A DNA stretch of 62,882 nt, filler included, from Kipferlia bialata (taxonomy: Eukaryota): assembly GCA_003568945.1 (NCBI GenBank). It is 4 parts of 4 records of this genome, joined end to end, with 100 filler letters (N's around TTAATTAATTAA, not from the genome) between each part and the next. Parts side by side here need not be neighbours in the genome. Positions count along the whole stretch, not along the records: positions 22,316 to 44,519 come from BDIP01000303.1; positions 44,620 to 59,770 come from BDIP01000362.1; 2 more parts are not named here. One strand, written 5' to 3'. Made by a program: the position numbers and the translations under genes. Below, piece after piece: positions 38,655-51,327 of this stretch (positions within the stretch are counted from its first letter, which is position 1; every line of letters begins with the position of its first letter). Under the pieces are notes generated by a model. The model saw only the letters and a program-made list of their open reading frames with translations, had not been told where the DNA came from and made no database searches.

Positions 38655-39664
38655 GTACACCAATATCTCTATATATTAATGCGTACCCACAGCCCTCCCT
38701 ATCCTTTCCCCCGTGACTCTAGGCCACAGACAGATATGCTACCCTGTAGCATGTGACGTAGCTCCTGTGTGCTACTTGTGCTGGGACATATAGTATGGTG
38801 GAGTGAGTCACTCCAAGTGACGAGGGAGAGTGTCCTCAGCCCCTGAGTCAGTGTATGTGTGTTATGATAAATGTGGATCTGGACGTATCCGTGTGTGTAT
38901 CCGTGTAGACATGAGATTTGAGTCTGAAAGTGAGGCTTGGCCTGATCAAAGCATCGACGCATCATTAGCTCAAACGTCTTAAACCACACTGATCAGTCTG
39001 ACTAGGGTACCTATTCATCTCTTCACGGTATTAGTGCGTATCAACCACTTCCAAATAGGAGAGAGGAGACTATGTGGGGTGGTAATACTTCAGGTAGGCT
39101 ATTTGTCTAGCGTATCCGCTATTGGTGGGGTTACTCATCATACGGTCACTCACACTGTTTCAGTATCATCTCATACTTGATAGACAGTCAACGTATACCA
39201 TAGTGGTGTGGCGACACAGCTGTCTACCTCTTCACCCTAACCCCCAGGCTCCTCAGGTGCATTCAGTTTCTCGAGTGCAGATACCCCCCCAGATGCCACT
39301 GGGTCCTCTGTCTTCAGTGGTCATGCCGCTGCTAATAGGCAGTCAGTGTTCGGTGCATCAAAGGCATCTGCCGGATGGGGTCAGGCCACAGGTGGGTGAA
39401 CCTCTCACTATCTCCTACTCTCTCTCTCTTTGCCCCCCCCCCCCTACTCCCCTTTACTCTCCCCTTCTCTTTTACATGCCACTGTTTTGTGTCTTCTCCC
39501 CCTGTGTTGAGTACACTGTACTCACTCAATGCCCTTCACACTCTCTGCCCATGTTTCTCCTTTCAATATATATGTGTGTCTGGCTATACATGCCTCTCTC
39601 TCTCACTCCAGCCACCTCTGGTTGGGGTCACCCTTCCTCCTCCACCCCTACCCCCCTTGGGGCT

Positions 39665-41435
39665 ATGCCTGGTGCTGACCCTGACCTAGTGTCCATGCTA
39701 GAGAGGATAGAGAAGACAGCAAGGGGAGACAAGGGGGAGGGGGATGGGGTGCTGCAGTCACTGGGTGGGTCTAGATATGTATGTACACTTGTTGTTAATA
39801 GGGCTGTGACATGACTATTATATCTCTCTCTCATTCTCCCCCCTCCCCTTCACCCCAGCTGAGTGGCTAAGTACCAAGCCCTACATCAGCGAGTGGGATG
39901 AAGATCATACCAGGAACCGCAGGCTGTTGCAGCACAAGCTGTGGACAGTGCAGACACACATGCGGAGGTGGGTATAGTGAGTGGTGCTATAGAGTCTATA
40001 ATTGACACATATATCTATTCATATATGCTCATACACCTCTAAGATACCTCCCCTGTGTCTATACCCCTCACCCAGTGTCAATCCCGAGGTCTCTCCAGGC
40101 CATGTCACTCTCTCAGTGGTAGAGACCAAGAGACTCAGTGCCTGTCTCAGTATCATATCCAGGTTCAAGGGGTACGGTGTTGTGTGTGGGTGGATGGATA
40201 TATTGTTTTAGTACATTAATTGTAGAACCTTTGATAGAGTGTACCCTGACTGTCCTCACCTACAGTATGAGGGACATTGACCCCTCTCTCTGCGAGGACT
40301 TGGTGGCACTCATAGCAGAGGTACCCGCTGTACAGACACTAATGCATAGATATTAACGGGAGTGCTCCAGGGTGTCTCCCTATGGACTCCCATAGTCATA
40401 TAATTGAGAGTATATATGGTACTCTCTATCCATCCTAACCCCCTAGTCCAGCAAGTGGTCTCTCACTGAGATGCCCCATCTTGTTGATGCATACAATGCA
40501 CTGGCAGGAGTGCCTCTGAACATAATGGTACGAGGTCACGACTGATCTGTATTTCGCATCCACCATTTGCACTTGTGTTTCCTCTGTATGAACAAACATA
40601 GAGATTCTATAATATGGACAAGGACTGATGTGGATACTCTGATATGCTGTGTTTCACCCTCAGAAAGCCGGAGACTCCAGTTGCGTCAGGGTGATTGTGG
40701 GCCAGGTACATTCCACGATGTATTGATATACTTTGACATGGTTTCTATAGACACGTATGAAACTCAAGCACTCTCCATCAACAGGAGGTGTTATTGAAGA
40801 TCTCTAGCACACGTTAGTATATCACACATACATTCTCAAGTCATGTTATGTTCCTTCGGTATACTTCCACTGTCACTCCCAACCTTAGATGTCTCGAGTG
40901 TTCCCTAGCTTTCAGGCCACGTGCTCCGAGACACCCGAACTCTTTGAGGTATGTTAGCATATCACCTATCCAGCTCTGTTCTAGACTGTGACCAGACCTA
41001 GTGCTACTACTGCGTCTATCTCAGACTCTGAATTCCATGCATGTGGACTCCACTATCCAAGTACCGTCATTGCAATGTGTACATCTCTACCCCCAGGCCC
41101 TCATTGATCTATTATGCCACATCCTTGATGATGCTCCCAAGACTGTAGTGAGGCCTGGTACACTCAGCTTTGGAATGAGCATGGGAGGGTATGGTTATAC
41201 TCTATAGGTGTTTGATACACACATGTAGATGTTGGGTAAGTGGATGACATTTCTTTCGAGTACCACTGGTTTCTCATCTATATCATCCTTCTTACCCCTA
41301 GTATCGGTGTACCAGCATGTATCGATGACTATGTGCCCCTCTGTCTCGATGTGGTACACACCCTCCTCTCCCAGCCTGGGTATGGGACAGACCAGTGGCA
41401 GCCAAAGGCATGGTGTCGTGTAATGATACCATGTC

Positions 41436-41475
<40 letters not shown>

Positions 41476-44393
41476 CCCGGTGGCAGTTAATGCTGCATCC
41501 GCTGTCTATGAGATCCCCATATGCATCATATGGTTGACATCCCACCCTATTATCTATAATCGTTTGCTAACCCCCAGCGTGTCATTGACAGCCTGGTGCG
41601 CCATGCCCCCTGTCAGAGCCAGGCACTGATAAACCACCCAGTGTATGAGTACATACTCAGCCCAGCTAGGTGAGTGGTATTCAATGTGCTTTCTTGTTGT
41701 AGCAGCGTGGACACTGATACACGATTACTCTCTCCCTCTCCTCCTTCCCACTTACCCTGCTAGGCAGTATGACATGTCTGTCAATGGCCTGAGTCTCTAC
41801 CGCCTCCTCACAGGGGGTGTATTGACGAAGGCTGACACTCCCGGTCCTGTCCCATTCAGACTAGCAGCCCAGGTTGGTATATGTATATATACACCCACTC
41901 ACTCGTATAGTCACTTGACCTCCAGGGCCTGCTGGGGGGTCTCAGTCAGCACCAACCACATGTCACCCCCGGGCAGATGGTGGGTGGCCCGGAGCGTGTG
42001 ACCCACCAGGTGTCACATATACTTCCCATAAATCATACTCCACAGTTGTGATCCACATTTTTCATTCATGTTTCATTCGCCTTTCTCATACGGGGGTACT
42101 CATAATCATCACCCCCACGATGGTCTATCATGATATATGTGTCCTTGTACCCCTGACCATAGGAGAGTGTGGATGTCTGCTGGGCACTGATCACCCACTA
42201 CCTGACATCTGATGGTGTATTGAGACCGGATGTGGCACACGAGCTATCTGTAGGTATTGGACTAAGAACAATGACTACTCATTCTATTGCTGTCATGCCA
42301 CTTCTGGGTGAGTCTCTCTAACCCCAAGACATGCCGGGTCCCACCATCCATGGAGTACCTACCAGTCTAATCGACACACTTTCTCACTGTGAGAAGGTCT
42401 GTAGCTCGTTCTCAGCGTACCGGCCACCGCTGAATCATGTGAGTAAACATGGCTGCCACTCCCAGTACTCTTTCCTTCTTGTACCTACTTCGACTGATTG
42501 CCAACAATCCGAGGAAATTCATCTTTGACCGGCTACTTCTTACACTAGGCAGCAGAGGTACAGGCAGCGGTGACTGCATTCATCCACTCTACTCACCAGT
42601 CTAGGCCGTCTCGTCTACTTGGAGCTGTCAGGGTATGGTGTATGCATCTCCATACATGATATGTCAGGTGTGGTGTTGAGGTGCTATCTCTGACTCTGCA
42701 GGTGCTTCGTGTCCCCTCTACTGCCTTCCGTCCTGAGTTACCCTGTTCCATAGTGAGCACAGGGTCTAACACTGCCCTGCTGGTAGGGTTTGTGGAGGGT
42801 GGAGATGTCTCTCATGCCTACAGAGTTACACTCTCCGTCAATGAGTCTGGTTGCACCCATGTGGGCATTGAAAGGGAGGACAACACTGGGGATGGGAAGA
42901 AGACGCTCTCATTCCCCATGGGTAGTTGTGCAGCGATGCTGGGCGGGAAGGTGAGGAAATCCTGAGTAATCAGTATATATATGAGAACTGTAACTATAAT
43001 ATCACAGGGTAGGATACTGAGTCATCAATGACCCCAGGTATATGTTTGTGGGGATGTGTCTGACTCCCACCCCTGTCTGTGGGTACACACTCTGGAGACC
43101 AACAGCTGGGAGACACACATGCCTAGTGGGTCGCAGGTATACACATATATATAGCCGCAACCGTAGCATATTCTGAGTAACTATAGATACGCGTTGTAAC
43201 CCATGATCTCTCATCTCACTCTCTAGGTGTGGCCCCCTAGTCTGGTGGGTAGTGCAGCAGCGGTGTCGGACACTGAGGTGGGTGGTACTCATAGACTCTC
43301 TCTTATGAGTGGTATTTTGGTTGTACTCACCCCAGTTTCTATTTGTCCAGAAGCCACCCCCCATGGAGCACGGTAAGCAGGAACAGAGGGCAGAGACACG
43401 AATATACACATGGCTGTTTGACACATCACGTATGGAGTGGAAGGTATGAGCCATGAGTGCCAGTGAACCACTGAATACCGCGTGACACGATGTGTACCTA
43501 TATACCCCTATGTATCTTGCATTAAGTCTCAGATGGCCACCCCTGCACCTACAGCCACTAGTCCAGACGTATCAGTGGATGGTGTGACGGCACTCAGTGT
43601 GGGCAGGTGAGTTGCCTTGAGATTCATTCACATTGAGGCTGTCTCTACACTATACATATCATTACCATGTCTGAGAATTGTCCGAGTACCTGATATATGG
43701 TTTCGCCCCTGTCTCATCACAGTAGCGTTCACATCTTGGCCACTTTTCAGTTTTCGGGTCCATCCTACCACGCGTCACTACACGAAGGTACTTACCTAAC
43801 CAACTCTATTCAGGACCCAACTTGTCACTTCACTCTTTGGATATTTCCCTGATCCCAGATGAGTGGTCCACCCACCAGGAGTCCACGCTACACCTGCAGG
43901 TACAGTGCAATAGAAGTGTGTAGATATCAAAGACTATCTTCCAGGAGACAACGGATATGATATTGCTATAAACTGGCGTCTGTCTATACACACTTTGTGG
44001 AAGTCTTTGGTCCAATAGTAATGTCAGGACATTGGCGGTGGAATGGCACTCTCCTTCGACAAAGACTCAGTGAGGCTATATGACACAAAGAGGTACTGGC
44101 TTACTCATGCATTAGTACACATCTTAGAACTACATCATATGATAGTGTTTCTCACATGGGTATTCTATTCAAACAGCTCACACAGCGACCACAGCGGTGA
44201 GGTACTAGCCATCCTCCCTGGGGCCTCTTCCAAGATTGGGCATTACCTGACATCATCATTCAAGGAGTATACGTCATGCATGGCCAATGAAGGTAGGAGT
44301 GAGTTCCACTACATACAGCATATCGTCTCGTGTAACTCTGTGAAGTCCCACCCCAGAGACCGTCCTTCTTATAGGCCTGCGTCCACACCCTAG
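39665..44393 (+). CDS. Large multi-exon hypothetical protein with Kelch-like C-terminal part (3' end uncertain)
   Basis: ATG 39665 followed by many short exons with canonical sites; late exons SIVSTGSNTALLVG, CAAMLGGK|VYVCG, TWLFDTSRMEWK. Confidence 0.5.
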
Positions 44394-44519
44394 TTTCCTC
44401 ATGTCCACTGGTACTATGGTGCATGCAGAGATGTACTTGATACACGTGAACAGAGAGAGGGCAAGGCAGTGCTTCCGAGGCCAGGAATGAGTATTCATAA
44501 TACTAGTACTAAGAGGTCA

Positions 44520-44619
44520 NNNNNNNNNNNNNNNNNNNNNNNNNNNNNNNNNNNNNNNNNNNNTTAATTAATTAANNNNNNNNNNNNNNNNNNNNNNNNN
44601 NNNNNNNNNNNNNNNNNNN
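44520..44619. other. Artificial contig linker
   Basis: N44-TTAATTAATTAA-N44. Confidence 0.98.
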
Positions 44620-45062
44620 TATTTGCTCGTCGCCACAACAGAGAAGTGCGCACGTACTCACTGATGTACATCACACAATAAGGGTTTAGTGTGTGAATGT
44701 CATTGTCCGTAAGGATCAATAAAAACTATACCCAATATGTGGTGTACTCAGAATACGATTCTGTTCGGTTCTATGTAGTGATGTATTCTTTGCAATGAAA
44801 AGGATTCTGGTCACCAGAATCTGGTGTACCAGCACTGTAGCTAGCATTCCATGGCGCCACAGTGACATATGATTTACCACGCTTCACACGTCTCCTCCTT
44901 CGATATCACTGCCCTCTCAATGTCCGCCTTTGTACAGTGTAACAGGCTGCATATGCACTCATCGCAGCAGTGTCTCTTGACCAAAGGGTCCAGTGGGTCC
45001 AGGAACCATCCTGCAATGAAGTCACACAGCACGTCAGGAGCGGACTCTCTAGAGGAACACTG

Positions 45063-48000
45063 CTAGTTAGAGATGACATAGTGCGTGTAATGTGAAGTAT
45101 ACAAGCATCCATCACAGATAAGTACCTCTATCCCCTGTCTGAGGGTCTCTGCTGCAGTCTCGAGTACTACTCTAGCTAGTGCGGGCATGTGGTCCATACA
45201 CTTGTGTCTGCAACGTGAGGTTGTGATAGAGGCAGACGCGCGAGTATCCAAAGGATTACTGCTGCTCACACGCTCAGGTACTACATCAGTCACTTGCATG
45301 GGTGAAGCGGCAGATGTGTCAGTCAGTACAGGCTCCGACGTAGCAGTGCCACCCACCGACTGAAGCGGGCCAGTCTCCTGCTTAATCCTCTCAAACAGCT
45401 CAAGCTTGACTGCCTCCTGTATGTAGGTATGGACTGACTCACACGACTGAGGACACACACTGTCAGGAACACAGGTATCAGAAGCAGTAGTTGAGGTCCT
45501 CTCTGTGAGTGTGACACCCATTGTTCCCTCTTCCTCTTTCACACTATGAGAGGGGTCAGTCACTTGAGACACTGACTCCTCAACTTGAGGAGTATCGTCC
45601 TCATGTGTGGAGACAGTAGTATCAAGGTCTCTCTCAGAGTCAGAGCCAGGGTCCTCCTCTGCCAGAAGGTTCACAGCCTCAGCCACCTCTCCAGACTCAC
45701 AGGAAGGGTCGCCACTCGACGACTCGTCGGAAGAAGGGAAGCATATATCACTGTCACTGCCCTCACTCCCTGGGGACTCCTCCACTCTCCCAATGTCAGC
45801 ATCATCAGAGTGCGTATCACTAGACTCAGAGGCTTCATTAGAGGCACTGGACTCCTCTTCAGACTTGACAGTGCTCTCCCCCTCACTGTCACTCCCAGAC
45901 TCATCCAATGTGGCAGGATCTGCCATTGGTACAGCCTTCAGGTTGCAGCCCAAATCAGACACTCGAATGTGTGGGTTGTCGATGTCCATATCGTGGTGTG
46001 TCTCACGGTGAATGGGCACAACTGGAGTAGTGGCAAGAAGAACAGGTCGTGGGAGACTGCCCATGTCTGCGTCCTCCCCTAACTCCAGTGCGCTGTCACT
46101 CTGCATTGGCTCTGACTGGTGAGTGGGGGACACGCTATCACCACCACCTACTCCACCTGAGTCCTGCGAGATAGGCATGGGTGGGTCCCTGTCGTCTGCT
46201 TCTGGGATGACAAACTGGGCATCACCCACACTAGTAGTACTAGTGTCTGAGGGGACGGCTGTCGATACACTCACTCCTGCTGAGGATGGGAGGACTGGCG
46301 CGGGCTCCACACTATGGGAACTAGCTAGCTGGAGCTTCTGCTTCTCCCTCTCCTTCTGCCGACGCAGACTCTCCATACGTATAGTGGCCAGACTCCGCAC
46401 TGGTGATGCCACTGTGCGGGTACTGGCAGGCTGTTCCCCCCTAGGGGCTGTCTTAGCCCCCTCCTGGCTTGCCTTGAGCCGAGTCTGAGCCCCATACTCC
46501 AGTGTCACTCTCTGCAGCAACGAGACAAGTCTCTCTCTCCCAGCCTGCACAACACCCTCTGACAGACCGCTGATCACAAACTCAACACTAGTTGTACCCT
46601 CTACGACACTCACAAAGAGACGTTGCCTGGAATCCGATATGTGATTGGCCAGTGTGGATGCAGAGTACTGACCAGTAGCAGGCAGGTATCGCGGCACTGG
46701 AAGTCTAGTCGTGTGACGTGTCAACTCATAGTAGACAGTCTCTGACCCAGTATCTACAAGGTCAGTGAAGTGGAGGGGTTGGAAGGCAGTCAGATCCACA
46801 GTCTTCAAGTCTGTCCGTGTCATCAACTGTGTGATAGCCGAGACTGTCTCCTTGGGGGTCTCAGGAAGAGCTGGGACTGGAGATACACCACTAACGGGAG
46901 GCTCAGACATGTCTTGTAGATGCAACACAATGGAGCTGATTACAAGATGCATCTTAAGATATGCAAGGTGCACAGTCTCTTTTGCATTAGCTATGATGAC
47001 GAGTGAGCTTCCCTTGCGCTTGATGTTGCAACCATTCCCTACCAGGCGGGCAATGAATAGACACCACTCCTTCAAGTTCCCCACTACACTGGAATCAAGC
47101 CGCAGAAAGACACAGAAGGTTGACTGGGCAACAATACGGAGGGGGGGAACTGCGGAATACTGGAGCGGCACGAGACAGCCTATCATCGTTTCAGAGGTGC
47201 ATCTGTTGGTGGCTGTAGCTGATTGTGCGTTGCAACGTAGCACAGAGTCTCCTTGTTGTGTGGGGGTGGCCCCCGGTGGGTCCAACAAAAGCCTGAAGTC
47301 ATTGCGAACAAGACCTTTCAGCGCCTCAACCATGGGCAGAACAGTCCAAGAGACGCTATCGGCCAGTCTTTCTGCCTGAGAGGGGCGGCATGACCATATC
47401 TGGAGGGACCCGTTGTCTGAGTTGTCTGCTACCTCGACCTCTAACCGCTCATCTCTGTTGACGCGCCCAATGTCCTCAATGCTCTCATCGATGGCTTTCC
47501 TGACAAGTCTCCACGAAGTATCTACAATAGTATCAAGGTAGCCATGCGGAAGGACCAACCTCTGGTACTCCAGCTCAGGGGGCAGAGTGACGTCAATGAC
47601 ATACCTCTCCACGCAGTCCACCCCACTGCACGGAAGGTACAGGTCCATTAACTCGTCGGGGAGACACGCTGTCCCATAATGACGGGCACTGGTCGGCATA
47701 TACCCTAACATGTCCAACGAAGAGATTCCAGTCCTCTTGGTCGTGGTGTCAAGTGCAGGGTAGACAAGAGCTGTGCCTGTACATTCACAACTCTGGATCC
47801 ATTCCCTACATAGAACCACAAGACGATATGCCATGCACACACTCTCGTAGGTGTCCGCACCTATGAAGACCTCAGCAATCCCATATACCATTCTCACAAC
47901 GCACCCGTCTCCTACTACGGATGATATATGTGCTGGGAAAGGCCGAAATCGCATGTATACTCTCTCAGGTAGATACACACCGACTCTGTACCGATGCGTC

Positions 48001-48395
48001 AGCCTCACCTCTAGACAACCCATGGGCGTTGCAACCCCCTCTCTCTCCAGCTGCTCCCGGTAGCAGAGCTCTGGGTCGTCACCCCCTGGGTCTGCAAAGG
48101 GAGGGGGAGAGTGGGACATTGGGGTGTATATGTACTTGGGCCTCTCTGTGTCAAGGGGCAGGGCAACCAAGGGGGGGAGGCGGTTATAACTCCTCCATCG
48201 CTCTACATCCCATCCAGCAGGCCGTAGCATGTCATAGAGAGCGAGAGTCTGCTTGAACTGCTGTGTCCGTAGTGCCACACCAGTGGCAGAGGGTCTAGAC
48301 CTAGACCGACGCTTGGGCCTCCCCCCCCTTCTCTCTCCCCTCCCCCCTTGCTCCGCAGATCGCTTGGAGGGAAAGGAACTGTCCCCTCTGGGCAT
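45063..48395 (-). CDS. Intronless 1110-aa protein: Arg/Gly/Ser-rich N-terminus, about four degenerate KH-like modules, acidic disordered C-half
   Basis: Single uninterrupted ORF; module ends EVFIGADTYESVCMAYRLV, SLQIWSCRPSQAERLADSV, SLVIIANAKETVHLAYLKM, EFVISGLSEGVVQAGRERL. ORF is secure, KH call is by eye. Confidence 0.75.
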   Translation of the reverse strand: MPRGDSSFPSKRSAEQGGRGERRGGRPKRRSRSRPSATGVALRTQQFKQTLALYDMLRPAGWDVERWRSYNRLPPLVALPLDTERPKYIYTPMSHSPPPFADPGGDDPELCYREQLEREGVATPMGCLEVRLTHRYRVGVYLPERVYMRFRPFPAHISSVVGDGCVVRMVYGIAEVFIGADTYESVCMAYRLVVLCREWIQSCECTGTALVYPALDTTTKRTGISSLDMLGYMPTSARHYGTACLPDELMDLYLPCSGVDCVERYVIDVTLPPELEYQRLVLPHGYLDTIVDTSWRLVRKAIDESIEDIGRVNRDERLEVEVADNSDNGSLQIWSCRPSQAERLADSVSWTVLPMVEALKGLVRNDFRLLLDPPGATPTQQGDSVLRCNAQSATATNRCTSETMIGCLVPLQYSAVPPLRIVAQSTFCVFLRLDSSVVGNLKEWCLFIARLVGNGCNIKRKGSSLVIIANAKETVHLAYLKMHLVISSIVLHLQDMSEPPVSGVSPVPALPETPKETVSAITQLMTRTDLKTVDLTAFQPLHFTDLVDTGSETVYYELTRHTTRLPVPRYLPATGQYSASTLANHISDSRQRLFVSVVEGTTSVEFVISGLSEGVVQAGRERLVSLLQRVTLEYGAQTRLKASQEGAKTAPRGEQPASTRTVASPVRSLATIRMESLRRQKEREKQKLQLASSHSVEPAPVLPSSAGVSVSTAVPSDTSTTSVGDAQFVIPEADDRDPPMPISQDSGGVGGGDSVSPTHQSEPMQSDSALELGEDADMGSLPRPVLLATTPVVPIHRETHHDMDIDNPHIRVSDLGCNLKAVPMADPATLDESGSDSEGESTVKSEEESSASNEASESSDTHSDDADIGRVEESPGSEGSDSDICFPSSDESSSGDPSCESGEVAEAVNLLAEEDPGSDSERDLDTTVSTHEDDTPQVEESVSQVTDPSHSVKEEEGTMGVTLTERTSTTASDTCVPDSVCPQSCESVHTYIQEAVKLELFERIKQETGPLQSVGGTATSEPVLTDTSAASPMQVTDVVPERVSSSNPLDTRASASITTSRCRHKCMDHMPALARVVLETAAETLRQGIEVLICDGCLYTSHYTHYVISN

Positions 48396-48974
48396 AGGAG
48401 TGGGGGTGGGTATATCCTGCTACTAGACACTCTCTCAATGAAGAGTGAGTGAGAGACGATACGACATGCACTACTACACCCCTACAGGCAAAAACAATGG
48501 TGTCACTGACATTGTTGTGTGTTATTTGCCACAGGCTTGACCACCAAGCCACACACCTTTGCCATCTATTCCTATATATGCAGATACAGCGCTTAGCAAT
48601 GATTCTACAAAACTGTAAATATCATGTCCGAGACACCTGTCGTATTCTCCGGAATGGTAAACAAAGAGACGGGTCCAGATGCTACTACCAGACGCCAATG
48701 GATGTATACTCCCCATATCCTCCTATCCAGGTGAAAGGGGACCAGAGATACGAGTCACATGCCTCAATGGCAATAATCAACCTGCCACATCAGTGTGTCA
48801 TCCGATGCCTGGACCCGATGAGGTATCCGGCACTCAGAGCACATAGGGCATCACCAACCCTCTAATGAACTAGTAGGGAGATTGGAGCATTGTATGCTCC
48901 TGGCAACTTCGACTAGTACTGCCGAGCCCACACAATGAGCCCCAAGGAGGGGGCTGAGGGTCCGCTCAAACAAT

Positions 48975-50684
48975 TCAGGGCGGGACAATCGAGCACAGCG
49001 ACCTGTCTCTGTCAATCCCACAATTGGTATTGTGGGTATTTCCGACGGTTAGGTGTTGGGACTCACACTGCCTGCCGCAGTGCCTCTCTGCATCTGTTCT
49101 GTGTCCTCTGTCTGTGCCTGTCACTGCCTAGCAGCACTACCCTCGGCACCGCATATGCCAGGATGGTGGGTATGACAGGCCTCCTCATGACCTGCCCTAC
49201 TACATACCACCCGTCTGTGCATGTGTATGTAGAGGGGTCGAGGGTGGCATCGTACACTGCCAGTGACACCACCTGCACCATCCTTACTAAGGGTATGGGC
49301 ATGCTCAGCCACACACTCCGCCACACATCACCACTGCTGGCCTCGGACCTAGAGCGCACCCTGGAGCGATGCTTCCTGTCAACATAGAGAAGCCTGAGGT
49401 TGGGGAGAGAGAGAGGCGAGGGGGGAGGGGGAGGGAAGAGATCTATTCCCCCAGCCCAAAGAATTATGGGCTATGCAAATGTCATACAATTTGGACAGAG
49501 AGAGAGAGCACACACACCCATATAGCAATGTATACTATTTGTAAGTACCTGAACCCGAGCCCCAGCAGCACCGATGTGGCGCATGCTATGAGGGTGGTGG
49601 GTATCTCGTACCAGAAGGTGTAGAGGGGGGTGTCTCCGGCGGGACTCGTGTTGAACCAACAGGGGGTATAGCATGTCTGGAGGGTAAGGGAGATGAGAAC
49701 CCACACATATATAGTATATTCCCACACCTCACACAAGGGGTCTGGGTTGCATATGGCTGGGTTCCCACAGTCTGTGCTGGTGTTGACTAGTCCCATGCTG
49801 CCTATGGCCACATTCAGAGCAAGGAGTGTCACTGATGTGGCTGTGAGGTATGCCCTGGTCACAGTGCCCTGGGGGGTGAGTATTATAAGTCCGTATAGAC
49901 ATGCATATACACACACCGAGATATATACATGTAGGACGATATCGAGTGAGACGCATGATACTACATACACCCATACCTAAATATATATACAAGCAAATAG
50001 AGTGATAGTAAAAATCGGACCACACACCCTGCTGACCCTCTTCCTCCTGCCTGTCCCTGAGGCTATGGCCAGGTATGTGAAGTGGGCAAAGCAGCACATG
50101 ACAATCTCGCCTGGAGTTAGGGTACGATGATTAGTGTATTTGCTACAAATACTGAATGGATACCCCGCTGTAAGTGCTCTCTTTTCCTCACCTCCCACTC
50201 CTCCTGAGTAGTCAAGCACAAAGACAGTCTGGGAATGAGGAGGGGTAGAAGAGAGAGAAGACAGTAATGAAAAACAGCAGAGAAATACGATGAGATGGAC
50301 CATGGCCATTCATATGACCCGAAGGCAAAGAGAATCGGTGACGGAAGTGAGTCAATAGCAGAACACTACAAAGTAGGTACTGTGTCATGTATAATAAACT
50401 CCTCACCATGCACTCGAGGGATGTGGTCACCAATGTGGACACCCTGTATGCCCCGACATGCACCATGTCACACAGGATGGTGGTGGCCACAAACAAATCA
50501 ATGGTGGCAACACGGCGCTTGTGCCTAGGGGTCATATACAGAGAGTGACAGGACATACTCATAACATAGTAACAGCATACCTCACATCGTTGATGCCCTT
50601 GCCAAACAGAAACATGAGGAAGAGGAGTCCAAGACACAGGGATATGTCAAGCGCCTGCATCTTGGGACCCGTACAGTCTACCAT
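48975..50684 (-). CDS. Seven-transmembrane GPCR-like protein, multi-exon
   Basis: Hand-spliced product has seven hydrophobic segments, Asp in TM2 (TILCDMV), Cys before TM3 (LECM), CW in the TM4-TM5 loop (TPCWFN) and basic loops and tail. Last exon tentative. Confidence 0.6.
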
Positions 50685-50841
50685 CTCTTACTGACCTGTG
50701 AAGAAGTGAATGGCAGATTCGGATTTGGCTGTTTTTGGTGATTCAATGGCGAATAAAGGGTGGTGGGTCGGGTGTTAAAAGTGCGTCGGACAAGAAATGT
50801 CCGGGTTGCTGCATCTCGATACTGACTGGTTTAGATCAGTC
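50685..50841. promoter_or_regulatory. Candidate bidirectional promoter region
   Basis: 157 bp between divergent start codons of the 7TM gene and the phospholipase B-like gene. Confidence 0.45.
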
Positions 50842-51296
50842 ATGTGGAAGTGTGTGCTGGTTCTGGCCCTTTTGGGCTGTGCTATGGCAACTGGCCTACC
50901 CGATAGCTACACCTACAAGTACGTTAGTGTGTTTTTGTGAGTTCTAGGGTCCATTTCATTGACATTACCTTTTTTTTCTTATTCCCAGCTACGGTGTGAC
51001 CTTTGACGAGGTTAAGGGATACAACATCACCACCACACCCGATGTGGACTGTGCTGCTTTCGGTACGTGCTCTTATCAGCAGTTTGTGATGTTGACAATC
51101 GTGGACCTATCATCCCTTGTCAGTGTGGATCATCGTCTTTGCTCTGTGGCTCTCCCCCCCTTTGTGTTTCTCTTCTCTATGTGCATGTATGGTGCTTACC
51201 CCCAGCCTACTTCGAGGACATGCTCGACGAGATTGGCTGGATGCCCATCAGGGTCACCACCAACGGGTGAGTATATACATGTCCACTCTCCCTCGT

Positions 51297-51327
<31 letters not shown>

